NCBI GenBank assembly: GCA_051294375.1
Contig: CM119266.1
Span: forward strand, 12,319,622 to 12,356,031
Origin: Paraspadella gotoi
Lineage: Eukaryota; Animalia; Chaetognatha
Reading direction: 5' to 3'
Length of the DNA: 36,410 bases
The notes under the pieces are model-generated. The model searched no databases, was not told the origin of the DNA, and worked only from the letters and a program-made list of their open reading frames with translations. Position numbers and translations under genes: made by a program. Below are positions 1-11,852 of this stretch, piece after piece (the stretch's first letter is position 1; each line of letters begins with the position of its first letter).

Positions 1-638
1 CTTTTCGCCGTTATGGCGACACCTGGCGACACCCTCTGGGAATATAAATCATTCCGTAGATATAAATCTCTCTCAATCTCTTATAAATGTGCGCGAAAAT
101 TTGCGCCACCCTCTTCTCGATCCGCTTTCGATATTCGTTATCCGTCACATTTCGAGTAAAAATCGATCGATCGGCGACGTGATGTTTCCATGGCAACGTC
201 GCGGCCCTAAATCCCGAAAAATATATCTGGAAATTGTTGAAAGTCGACAATTAAATCCCGATGACACTTTGACCCGTCTCGAGATCGAGAGTCATTATCT
301 AATCCACGAGCGACGTTTAATACTCCGGGATTCCTATTCGATCGTAAATCTTTTACCGCGCATGCGGGCCGACAATAATGTCTAAAATTGTAATACTCGT
401 TTGACTACTCTGGGAAGATATCTTAGTAAATTAAATATGGTAATTATAAATTATTTTTGACTAGTTTTATATTAAGTCGCATTTAAATTTTGTTATGGAC
501 TTATCTTGGACTAAATTTTAAAATCTATTTTGGGGCCGAAACCAATTGTCACGAGTCTCTTCGCCGGACAAATCGGTTTTTTTTTTTCTCCTGACTCAGC
601 TTTTTCCCTATCTCATCAAACGGTTTCTCCCGCAGTCA

Positions 639-720
639 TTCTCTCTCTCTCTCTTCTCTCTCTCTCATCTCTCTCCTTCTCTTCTCTTTTCTCTCTCTCT
701 CTCTCTCCTCTCTCTCTTTC
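639..720. repeat. Imperfect (CT)n microsatellite
   Basis: Direct reading of the sequence. Confidence 0.9.
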
Positions 721-773
721 ATGTCAGTCATCAACTCTCCTCCTATCTTTCTCCTTTCTCCCTCTCTCAACAG

Positions 774-1479
774 TGTCTTCAGTCTCCTTCCTGCGGTCGT
801 CTGCGGCCTCTGGCACTCGATGCATACCCCACACCCCACCATCTCCTCCTCCCCCAACACCATCCCCCACCCACCGACCCCATCACCACCCGTCCCGTTC
901 CTCCCTCCCTCCCCCCTACTCCACCCCTTCCTCTTCGTCTCCGCTCCTCTCTTTCCTCCCTCCGCCTCCTACTGCGACTCCTCTTCGGCGTGGCGTCGTC
1001 GTCGTCTCCGCGGCTCCAGTCGCAGCTCGACGTTTCTTCCGGTTCCGTGTTTCTTTCAAACAAGTAACGCGCCAATGACGTCGTTCGGAATCGGACCAAT
1101 GATATCTCCAGAAATCGACAATGAGCCCAAAAAACCCTGGACGAACGGATTGGGACCAAATATAGCATCGCCCGGAATTGGCCAATACTCTCCAGCTTCT
1201 ACAACTCAGCCAATGGCAACGTCCTACCCCCACCCTCCGTTCCTCGAACACCCCTCCCTTTCTAGGACACGTCGTCGTCGGCGCCGCTCTTCAACCCTCG
1301 ACGCGGGTGCAGATGCGCGTCCGTGACCCGGCGACGCTGGCGCCGCGTCGGCTCGGTGGTCCCCGCTCCTTCGAGGCGCCGGCGCCCGTAACGTCGATCG
1401 TGGAGAATCCCGCAGCGTCGAAAAACGCGCCGTTTTTCGCTTGCGCCTCGACCGGCGCCGGAAAAAAATGGTACGCCAG
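774..1479 (+). CDS. Exon A of an uncharacterised spliced gene, Pro/Ser-rich low-complexity region (frameshifted in this copy)
   Basis: Pyrimidine tract plus CAG at 771-773 (start uncertain; ATG at 820 is an alternative). Donor CAG|GTAAGA at 1479/1480. GC-rich island. The peptide is split across the ORFs at 546, 721 and 1178, but reads as one open frame in the inverted copy (ORF 35873-36370). Confidence 0.6.
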
Positions 1480-1602
1480 GTAAGAACCAAAAAATTAATT
1501 TGCATATTGATGAAACTCGAAAGGATGAAAACCAAACCTCATTACATTAAATTCAGAGATGCAATTTCATTTTAAGCCTCCGTGAATATTTTTTTTTTTC
1601 AG

Positions 1603-1722
1603 ACTCCGGAACGGGCGTCAACCGCGACTCCAGCTCCTCGCCCGAGATGGCCGGTTCTAAGAAGCTGATGGGCTGTTTCGGCGGAAATCAGCCCAAGAGG
1701 CACAAGAGGAGTCGGAGCCAAG
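1603..1722 (+). CDS. Exon B (120 nt, phase 1-1): DSGTGVNRDSSSSPEMAGSKKLMGCFGGNQPKRHKRSRSQ
   Basis: Acceptor TTTTTTTTTCAG ending 1602 and donor AAG|GTTAGA at 1722/1723. Open in phase 1, matching the phase of exon A in the inverted copy. Flanks are AT-rich introns of 123 and 127 nt. Confidence 0.75.
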
Positions 1723-1849
1723 GTTAGAGAAATGAGACACAAAGGGTTTAAAGCCATTAAAACCGAATACGTTCATTGAATATTTCAGGAAATTTTAAAA
1801 TCTTTTCGTATTGACAAACAATTTATGATAATACCTGCTAATTTTTCAG

Positions 1850-1998
1850 GATCTTGAAAATCCGTAAGGCGATTCGGCCGGCAGACAGGAGGGTGTCTCA
1901 GCCTCGACCCTCAATCTGGCGACGACGACGACGACGAAGACGAAAACCGTAGACGACGTCATGACTCAATCGTGTCACGTGATTTCGCACGACGCCAG
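1850..1998 (+). CDS. Exon C: ...GDSAGRQEGVSASTLNLATTTTTKTKTVDDVMTQSCHVISHDA (5' end disrupted)
   Basis: Acceptor ATTTTTCAG ending 1849 and donor CAG|GTGAGA at 1998/1999. The 3' part is open and ends in phase 2, joining exon D in frame. Stops in the first ~18 nt require an indel or base error. Confidence 0.6.
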
Positions 1999-2149
1999 GT
2001 GAGAGTCACAATTAAAACAATAAATAAATTTAAGTAAAGTGAGGAAAGTAAAAGAAAAATAAATTGAACAAAAGTAAAGTGAAGTTTAAAATTTTATTCA
2101 ACCTCGATTTTAATTTATTTTTAATTGATAACTTTTTTTCAATCCTCAG

Positions 2150-2348
2150 CCACGTTTACGCGGAGTTGACGGAGGTTCGTCCCGGCGCCCCCAACGCCCC
2201 GCCCTTCCCGTCGACGGACGATAATCCCGTAGTCGTCTCCTGCCGAAGCTTGGCGCCGCGGGACGACGCCGGAAACGACGCGGACTTCAATCACGTCGTC
2301 GTCGGCGTCGATCGTCCGGAACCTACGACGCCGGGAAGCGCGCCGTTG
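2150..2348 (+). CDS. Exon D: (S)HVYAELTEVRPGAPNAPPFPSTDDNPVVVSCRSLAPRDDAGNDADFNHVVVGVDRPEPTTPGSAPL
   Basis: Acceptor CCTCAG ending 2149 and perfect donor TTG|GTAAGT at 2348/2349. 199 nt, phase 2 in and phase 0 out, GC-rich, lies within ORF 2064-2453. Confidence 0.75.
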
Positions 2349-4417
2349 GTAAGTTTGATTTTCGAAATTTCGCGCCGCTTGTTTTCTTTCTTACATAAAT
2401 TGGCATTTCCTCCTCGGGTCGTTTGTCGAATTTTCTCAGGGGTTAAAACCTAGATCGATCTGTAAAGGACAAAAGATCAATTAGAGAAACTTTCTTCGCC
2501 ATCGTCGTCGTCGTTTTCGTCGTCAGTTTAACCGAATTAAAAGCCTTGAATCCTCTGGAATTTCGATGGCTGCGCGACGAAGAATCTCGGCGACGAAGAG
2601 ATCTTATCTTTCGATCTGCGCTTCGCCGTCATCGTCGCCTTTTAGACTTTTTTTTTCTCTTTCGATCTTGAGCGGATTTATTTTTTCCTTTTGTTTCTTA
2701 TAATTATCATTAACCTTTGTAACTTATCTTTATCGTCGAAGTGTCCAGGATTGAAAACGTGTTTTTTTCTATTTGGTCAAAATCTTTTAAATTTTATAAC
2801 TGTTTAAATAACGTGAAATGTTTTTTTGTATTTTTTTTATATTTTACAATTTATTTTGTCTCCGTTCTATTTCATTTGGCCGTGTTCCCGCGTTTGGCCG
2901 AGGCCAGGGTCGAAGTACTTTCACTTACCTTTTCATAACCTCGTAATCAATCAATCATTCATTCAAAGAAGCTATTACGACGATGCGTACCGATCGATGA
3001 AAGGATAATTATCGATAATCATCCAACGACGAAACCTAGTTTCTTTTGGAAATTTAATCGGCTTTATTGGGCCACGTCATCTGTCGATTATTAGGGGGAC
3101 ATCACGCAGAGAGAGACAGAGAGACAGAGACAGGGAGAGATAAAGGGAAAAAAAACATTTTGCCATCTTCACTTTATTTCTTAGTATTCAATCCGAAAAG
3201 AAAAAAAATCACTTTATCGCGAAGCTTAAAAAGCCTTAAACTGCTTTCTTTCCGTTCGCGGAAACCGAACCAAAAAAAAGCAAATCTGTTGTCACTCGAA
3301 GAAATCACGATCGCCGACGACGAAAGCGAGAATGTCTTCTCTTTTTCACCGACCAACGGGATCCAACCATCTCCTTCGACTGTGAACCATTTTTAACCCA
3401 AGTCACGTGACTCGTAAAGCGTCAAAAAGGCCGCGAAAAACGATGGCAGGGTGAGAAAACGAGGTCAGTTCCATCCGAGGCGCGAAAGTTTCGAGCAGAT
3501 GGGATCCAGTCTATAATTCACTTGTCGTCGTCGGCTTTTACTGACGTCATCGTCGGTCAGCTTGTGTTGTTAAAATGACTATTGACCAGCTGGCCAAACT
3601 TAAGCGAGACTGGATTCAAATTTGAATTCTAAAATTTGTAGTACAGTTGTGCCGAGACAGGATAAAACTTTTTTAACCCTTGCTTTGCCATCCTAAGTAA
3701 AAAAAATTTCTAATACCAAAAATGCCATCATGACCCTGTATTATACTTTACAAAACCCTAAGCGAGTGATGTGGTATCGGCTTAATTATAGTCTTTTTGT
3801 CGTCGTTTTCGTCGTCGTTTTCATCATCTTCTTCATTGTCTTCGTCGTCATCGCCTTTTCCTTCGTCGCCCGTCGTTCAATTTCGCCTTTTTCTTCGGAT
3901 TTTCTTCGCTCAAGTCTCTTCAAAAGGGGGAGAAGATGTGGGAGAGAGGTAAAGGGGTAAAGAGGGGAGAGGGGAGAGGGGGAGGGAAAGGAAAATAGGG
4001 GGGGTAATGGAGAGAAACGAGGGGGCCATGTAGGAGATGAGTCTCAAATCCAAAGCCTCCGGAAAAACATCGAAACTCGAGCCTTCGCTGAAAAGATTTT
4101 CACACTTACCCGCAAACTTTTTCACCCCTTCACTCCTTCCTTACCCCCCCCCCCTGTTGAATTTCCCGGTCTCTGCGGACGCTTCCTCGCTCCAACGATC
4201 TCTCGCTGCTTCCAGCTCCAGCCGCTGCTCCACTGCGACTGCCTCGACTTTTCGTGTCCCTTTAAAAATATAATGGAAGCTCCATGAAATTAGTTTGACG
4301 TAAATTACCAGGAATTTTCTGAAAAGGATGAATTAGTTTTCGATAATAATAAGGAATGAACAAAAAATCTTGAATAGAGTTTTGATAATTATAAATGTTT
4401 GAAGATGTACATATGAA

Positions 4418-4419
<2 letters not shown>

Positions 4420-4491
<72 letters not shown>
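4420..4491. repeat. Perfect (CT)n microsatellite
   Basis: Uninterrupted CT run. The counterpart at ~15542-15602 is corrupted. Confidence 0.97.
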
Positions 4492-4494
<3 letters not shown>

Positions 4495-4699
4495 CGACTC
4501 TATGGACCCGTCATGGAACTTGGGGTTCTTTGTTGACAAGGCATCTAGTATACCCTACCTTTCCAACCCCGCAACCGCCGGCTTTGCCCCACCAAACCCT
4601 AACTAATCCCGTTACAATTCTACGCTCCCATGCGTGAATTTCTTCAGCGGTTCATCGACCGTTTCATGCTTCGCTGTTCGACCTCGTCCGTTAGATTTC

Positions 4700-4956
4700 G
4701 TCCAATGAGAAAACGAATATTCGGCCAATCGGCGTTGAAATGTTTATCCGATTCCAACGTCCGACATTTAACTCTCTCTTTCTCTCTTCGCTCGGAGTCC
4801 CTTACCTTTTTCTTTCCAAGTCCTTTTAGCCCCAACCTCGAGTATGCAAATGAGATTTACATCTGCTTGATCATCGACGTCGTCCGATACCAAATTACCA
4901 TAAATCGTTGGTCGGTCTCCGATTGGCCGAGTACTCGGACCAATCGGCCAATCGGC
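4700..4956. promoter_or_regulatory. Cluster of five CCAAT boxes plus octamer ATGCAAAT (4844-4851)
   Basis: GTCCAATGAG, GGCCAATCGG, GATTGGCC, GACCAATCGG and GGCCAATCGG resemble the NF-Y consensus. Motif match only. Confidence 0.35.
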
Positions 4957-6818
4957 ACTCGATCCGTCGGCCGGATTTCTCCTCCGGTCGTCAAACGTAC
5001 GCGGCGATCGTCTCTTCGATTTACCTGGATATTTTTTACTCAATTTGGTTTTAGCTCCGACTTATTCAGGAGTAATAATAACATTGGTTACAAAATAACA
5101 ACTCATTTTTAAAAGAAAAAAAATTTTTGCTGCCGTTTCCGAAATTGAAATTTTTCAAAACCAAAATGTTTATGTAAACAAAAAACAAGTAATAGGCTAA
5201 AGTAAACATTGAAAACACTTTCGGTTACCAAATAAAAAAAATTTCCTAGATTTTAAAAATTACCTTACCCAAACATTGAAAACTTATTTTTTGGCTCATC
5301 ATGACCCTCATTTTTCTTCAGTCCCGACTCACGACTCAAACTCTTTCCTTTCACAGTCACGTTCTCCGCTCCGCTCTTACCTCGTTGCTAATCTCATCTT
5401 TACTCACCTTATTCCGTCTCTGAGACATGGTTCCCTTTCTCCTTGTCGTCTTTATCTTCGTCGTCTTTATCGTCGTCCTAATCGATCAAACAATGTCACA
5501 ATCGTGACCCGTAACCCGTAGTCGGCGACCCCTCGACGGGTAAACAACTTTTAGTCAACAAACATGCTTCGATAAAAAAGGGGACAACAAAAGATACGAA
5601 ACCTTTTGAGAAAAATATAACGAAATTTATTACAATACTAACGACGTAAACAAACCATGTAGCAAAAAAAAAAGAATGAAATGAAATCTTTCCATTTCAT
5701 CCACTCGACTTTTTTTTTAGTTTGAACGGACCCATTATCTACAAATAACGAAAAATAATTTAAAAAATACAATTCGTTTTAATAGAATTTTATTTAAATC
5801 TTATCTTCTTTCTAAAACTGACGTTTGTTTATTATCTTTCCATATCGATTTAAGTCCTAATTTGGGAGAGGACTGAGGAGAGTACCTTATCCGGTTGTGT
5901 CGATTTCGAGTCCCCTTTGTGGGCGACGCTTTCCCCGTTACGTCGTCGTCGTCGTCGTCGTCGCCGTGCTCGTACAGGACGATCTCTGATTCATTCAACG
6001 AGGTCATCCAAATCTTTCTATTCTCTTCTATTCCTCATCATGCATGTCCTCATAGTCGCCTACTTCCGCGCGCGACCAGGATTCCACCGGATATTAATTT
6101 TAAAATAATCATGCTTATTTGTGGTTGTTGTTGTGGTTGTTGTTGTTGTGGGGTTCTTCGATGAGTCATCTTTGTCTTACTTCCTGCCTTATCTTCTTTT
6201 TAGTTCCAAAGATTCTCCCGACGCTTGGCTTTTTTTAGTTTCCATTTTTTGATTCTCATTTTCAAGTTTTTTTTCAACAATTTTCTTCCTAATGACTGAA
6301 GTCATAATTAAGTTTTTTTTTTCCGTTACTCTCTGTCTATTCAAGATCGTAATGAAAAATTTTATTACTATCCAGTAAAATTTGAAAATAATTTAATTCT
6401 TTTTTTTTTTTAATGATTTTTTTTCTCATTAAATTTCTTTCGGCTCCATTTTTCTCTACTCATTTACTTTTAATTGTACCAGTTTCATTCTCGTCATTCT
6501 CTCGCCTCTCATTACCGCCTTCGATTCCTTTCCGTTTCCACCATTCATTTTCCCCACAAATTTCCATTTCCACTTTGCATCGACGCGTGGAATCATTTCC
6601 ATCAAACGCGAGATGAGAGGTTTTTTCGATTCTGAAACGTCCGCTCTTTTTGTGTGCGGGCTCGCGACTGAAAGGGTAAGGTGGAGACGGTGGCGTGCTG
6701 ACGTAACTTTGTGGGGTAGGGGAAGCGTCAATGACGGTGACGGGGATAAATACGGAATAGAGGTAGAGACAGTCGAAAGAGGGTGTTGACGCAAACCTGT
6801 TGGCGGCAAACGGGTGCA

Positions 6819-6821
<3 letters not shown>

Positions 6822-6917
<96 letters not shown>

Positions 6918-6965
6918 AGGAGAGGAGAGAGAGAGAGAGGAGAGAGAGAGAGGAGAGAAGAGAGA

Positions 6966-6998
<33 letters not shown>

Positions 6999-7010
6999 CA
7001 CGAGAGAGAG
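6822..7010. repeat. Long imperfect (GA)n microsatellite
   Basis: Direct reading. The counterpart at ~18034-18110 is shorter. Confidence 0.95.
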
Positions 7011-7833
7011 ATTGGAAGAGAAAACTGGCATCCCGTCTTAATCGCCCGCCCGGCCTTCGCGAGCCCGACTCGTCGAAAAGGTCCTATTTACTCTTCCAAA
7101 TTATTCCTTCGATTTTTTTTTTCGAGTCAAGGAGAAAAAAAAAAGGGAGGCCGATTTTCGCCGCCAAAATCGGTTTGCGCCCGAAAAAAAGATGAATATT
7201 TGTTTTTAAACAGAAAAAAAAAGGACATCGATTTTTTTACTTCACTCGTTCCCGTGTCAAAAAAAAAAACATACTAAGTTTCATAGCGATCAAAGTGACT
7301 TTAAATATAGTCTTCTTTCTCCCGCTAGAAGTCTGTTCTATCTGTCGGTCTGTCGAGCTATCTTTTTTGTCAAGTTTCTCGACGTAATTTTCAATTCTGT
7401 TTCTTTTTCTGTTTCCATTTTCGCTTCTAAAAAAAGTCACGAAACGAAGGAAGGAGAATGGAACCGAACGAAAGGCGAATATATTACGTTTTCGTTTTCT
7501 TTGCTTCGCGTCCGGACGGTTTTTTTTTTCGTTCGCGACAGTTTTTTCGTACTCAATGTCACCCGTTCGTACGCAAATATGCGCCTGACTGAAATTTTTT
7601 TTTCTTGAATATCGATTGTCGTTTTGTTTTTATTTACGGTCCTCCTTAATTTCTTTATTCGCCGATGGGCTGAGATTCGGTTGTATTTTTTTTTCGTCAT
7701 CGTCATCTTTTTCTTCGTCGTCGTCACCGTCGTCGTCATCTTTGTCCTTTCCCGACTCGTGACGCGAACGTGAAATCCGCTCTCCGCGTCGGGCGCCGAA
7801 ATCGATTTCGTATCTCGACGCCGGAGATTTGGA

Positions 7834-7951
7834 TGCGCATGCGCGAGACTACGAGATTCGATACTCGAGACGCTCGTTAAGGGTTTTTTCGATCGATGGG
7901 TGACGTCACCGTTGCGCCTCCCGCTGATGTAGTCGGGTTTCAAAATGGCGG
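7834..7951. promoter_or_regulatory. NRF1-like, CRE and YY1-like motif module
   Basis: TGCGCATGCGCG (7834-7845), TGACGTCA (7901-7908) and CAAAATGGCGG (7941-7951) within 120 bp. Motif match only. Confidence 0.4.
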
Positions 7952-9015
7952 ATTAATGTCGTGTTTAGCTAAGGTCGACTTGTTTGTTTCGTTTTTCATT
8001 TATTCATTCATTCATATTGATTTATACGTTCATTCGATTGTTCGTTCATTTGATCGTCCGTTCATTCGATGTTTTGTTTGTTCATTTCTTCCTTTTATTT
8101 TAGTATAACAAAACACAGTCTTGGGTCAAATTTTGTCCCCCCCCGCTCCCTCCCCACTTTCGATCGATCTCGATTGGAATTTCCTTTTCGTCGTGGTTCA
8201 GGTTGTGTACCAATTAACGACTAATACCCTGGCGACCCTCTCGCTCTCTCTCTTTCTTTCTCTCTCTCTCCCTCCCCGGCACGAAATCTAGATCGGACCG
8301 TGACTTTCGTTCTCTCTGTTCCAAAGAGTTCTGTGGACTTCGTCCGTTGTGTGGCATGTGGGAGGACTCGACTGTTTAGATGTGGGTGGAAGAAAACAGT
8401 CTTTGTATAACCGGTTTTCGCCTGTTACTGTTTTTGTTTGTTGTTTTCGAGTCGTTCCATCCATCCTTATGAAAGTGATACAAACAATATACAAATCATC
8501 CATTCATTTAATGAATAAACTATCTTTCCCCTGACTTTGAACAGGCTATGGTGGTTAAAGGCCTCCATCGCTCTTATAAGACAACAACATAGCAGGACCC
8601 TTCAAGCTTTTATTCAAGACTATCTTACAGTCCTATTTATTCGCCCCCGGACTAGTATAATATTTCAGAGCGGTATAATATTTTAAAGAACATAAGAATT
8701 AGATCGGGAAATACTATATTTAATTTAATTTCAACTTTTGCACTTTTTTGTTTATTCGTTATTTATCTTAAAACATATTCCCTATTTTCTCTTTTTTCTT
8801 TTCTCTCTTTGCGCTTCGAGTTGGTTCTCTTTGTTTTTCCTTCCTTCTCGCTTTGCATTGGTTCCTCTCTATTTGCTTCTCTTTTCTCTTCTCTATTACC
8901 TCCACGAAATGGTCCTCTCGATTTTCCCTTTTGTTCTCTCCATTTAAGACTCTCCTCTTCTCTCTCTGACACCCTGGAGAACCAGTGACGGCGCCATATG
9001 TCGGATTCTACCTTT

Positions 9016-9016
9016 T

Positions 9017-9088
<72 letters not shown>

Positions 9089-9223
9089 TTCTCTCAGGCA
9101 ATCGTCACCTGGTAAAATATTGACATTCACCCGGATTCGAAACCCGGACGCTGCCTCTTTTTCCATTTCTTTTGCCAATTTTAGGACTCTCTCCCTCTCT
9201 CTCTCTCTGTCTTCTCTCTGTTT

Positions 9224-9264
<41 letters not shown>

Positions 9265-9297
9265 TTTCTCTCTCTCTCTCTTTTTTTTCTCTCTCTC
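9016..9297. repeat. Two (CT)n microsatellite tracts
   Basis: Tracts at ~9016-9095 and ~9188-9297, duplicated at ~20125-20400. Confidence 0.93.
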
Positions 9298-11756
9298 ATT
9301 TTTTTCATTTATGATATCATGTCAGTTCTACCACCCAAGAAAAGTAAAAAAATTGTCTAGAATGTAAAAAAAATATAATTATAAGTAAACACATGGCTTT
9401 TTTCATCGAGGTTCATTCGATATTCGGTTTCTAATTTATAAAAACAACAAAATCATTTTAAGCTTTTTCTCTCTCTTACTGCCCTCTCTTCCTTCTGAGA
9501 TTTGTATTTCTCCTCCTTCTTTTCTCTCTCCCCTCTCTATCTCGCGCTCTGTCCGTGATTTTCAACCTTCACTTGACGGACACGCTTTGCCTTCGAAATC
9601 GAGAGCACGTCGTCCAAGCGACTCATTCTTCCTCTCGTTTGTCTTTTGTTTTTTTTTAGCCCCAAAATTTTTTTCGCGCCCTCTCGTCAAATTTGAAAAC
9701 GGAGAGGAAAAAAAAAGAGCAGCGGAGCGATAAGCGCAAACAATAAAAACTAAATTTGTTCTGAACCAACCAAACCCGTTGGCCAACTCGCTCTCTCGCC
9801 AGCATTTTTTTTTCGTTTCAAAAACATAAAAACAAAGAAACAAAAAACAAGTACAAATGTTGATTCTTAAAATGCGACTCCGCGTTTATTGCCTTGAATT
9901 TTCTCTCTCTCTCTCTCTCCCGTCGCGAAGTCAGATTCTCTCTTCGATTCGATCAACGAAGTCAGCGACTTTTTTTTGTTTAATTCGATCATTAACCCGA
10001 ATTTGCTTGGCGTAGTTGGCGGCGTTGGCGGCGGCGTCGGCGTCGGCGGCGGCGTCGGCGGCGTCGGCGGCGAAGAGAAAGTAACGCACCCCGTGGTTTT
10101 CTGGCAGTGATTTCGATCGAACGGGCAGGGTTCACGCGGTGGCGCTCGGAATGTTAGCATTTGTTAAAATTCAACCTTCCAGGAATTTAAAAGAAAAAAG
10201 TTAGTAATGGTCAAATGAATAATTGAATATCCTCTTGGCTGTTTGTGTTGCACTTGTGACCTCTTATTCTAATTACAATTTAGAAATAGTGTACATACTA
10301 AATCATCCCTCATAACTTAGCGTCGTATTCCTCCCTCCTAATTCGCTCCCATTTCACCGTCCATATGGGAGATCCCGAGAAGATAAAGTCTTTCACTCTC
10401 TCCGGTTTCAATTTTTGTTTGTTTACCTTCTGCGATAACGAAGGTAGACTCATTGTTTACGCAAACCCGGGGTCGTATTTTCTCCCTGAAATCAGGTTAT
10501 CTTCTCTTATCGAAACGTATTTATGAAAGGTAAAGAAATATTTTTCTGGCCGATGGTGATTTTATTCTTGTTTTTATTTTCTTTGCTTTTACTCGCAACA
10601 CATTTAACCTCCCCTGGTCCCCCGGGCGCAACCCCTTTTTCTCTACCCCTCTCTCCCCTTCTCCCCATTCCCCCCTTCTCGCCCATCCTTCTCAAATAAC
10701 CCCCTTAGAATGCCTTACATCCATAAAACACTTGACCTTCCCCTTAAGAATCCGTCGGCGCATATTTCGTGCGTCTTAAAAGGCCGACTTATTCACTCAA
10801 TATTCTCCTTCATTCATTACCGGTCGGTAAAACTAGAAGGAGGCTGGCCATGACCCTTTACTGGTTCCCCCCCTTTCCTTCATATCTTCCCTCCTCCCTT
10901 CCCTTTCCTCTTCTCCCTTCTTTGATTTCCTCTCTTCTCCCTCTCGCGTATGTTCGTTTGTTCGATCCCCCACTTCGCTACGGTTGTACGAATTCCAAGG
11001 ATTCTGATACCCCGTCTCTCCACACTTCACACGTACATATTAATACCATTCTCCTAATTTTATCTTATTTCATTTCCCCACCCTAATAATCCATATTACA
11101 ATATAAAATTGTAATAACCCTTCTACTACTGTTTTTTAAACTTCGTTTTCACTATTTTTCCAATTAACGACTTCGCATTACCCCCACGCGATACTCTTGT
11201 CCCCCATCCTCCACTCATCGATCCTTTCCGGGAATGTGGGCAATTAACTCCACCCCACTCTGAATGATTTGTGTCTCCCTCTGCTCCCGACGCTTTTTCC
11301 TTTACTAAGACATTCTTCATGTCTCTCCCTTAGAAATGAGTTCCGACCGACGGTGTATTTGAGTTTGATAACGAGCTCTGGGATTGTTGTTGTTGTTTTT
11401 GTTGTTAAGTATTGTTGTTGTGTTTAATGTTTTGGTTTATCTCGTTGTTGGAAGTTTTTCTAATTTTCTCTCACCTAGAATTGGAAATTAGTTCGTGTCC
11501 GCAGTCCTTGCGGTTTTCTCTGTGATGAGTACACTTGCTTTAATAACGATAAAATTACGACAATTTGTTCTGAATGCCTTTAATAAAATAGAACAATTCG
11601 GTCATTTTTTTAATGATAAACGTGACTTTGGCACTTTTCGTTGTCTCAAAGTCTCCCAACTTAATTCGCACTAGATAATTCCATTATTTTATAATTGCCT
11701 TTTATCTGTGGGAATGAAAGCGAAGGTTGGACGCGGATAATTGAATCTTGATCGTC

Positions 11757-11758
<2 letters not shown>

Positions 11759-11842
<84 letters not shown>

Positions 11843-11852
11843 GATAGATAGA
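11759..11852. repeat. (GA)n microsatellite followed by short (GATA)n
   Basis: Direct reading, duplicated at ~22888-22993. Confidence 0.95.

Noticed and set aside
3007-3020. Palindrome containing TATCGATA (DRE-like)
   Set aside because: A single 8-mer in TCGA-rich DNA is plausible by chance.
4100-4265. GC-rich block with minus-strand GTAAG donor-like sites
   Set aside because: No partner exons or consistent frame could be built.
4630-5112. 160-aa ORF
   Set aside because: No recognisable domain or splice context, the frame is not kept in the duplicate, and the region looks more regulatory than coding.
6456-7277. Long ORFs rich in ER/RE or SL dipeptides (also ~8763-9314, 11702-12100, 19892-20444)
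   Set aside because: They are translations of (GA)n/(CT)n microsatellites, which lack stop codons.
7990-8095. Semi-periodic TTCATTCG/TTCGTT tract (similar at ~34070-34190) resembling a repeat-spacer array
   Set aside because: Degenerate tetranucleotide repeat with no constant repeat, unique spacers or cas genes, so not CRISPR.
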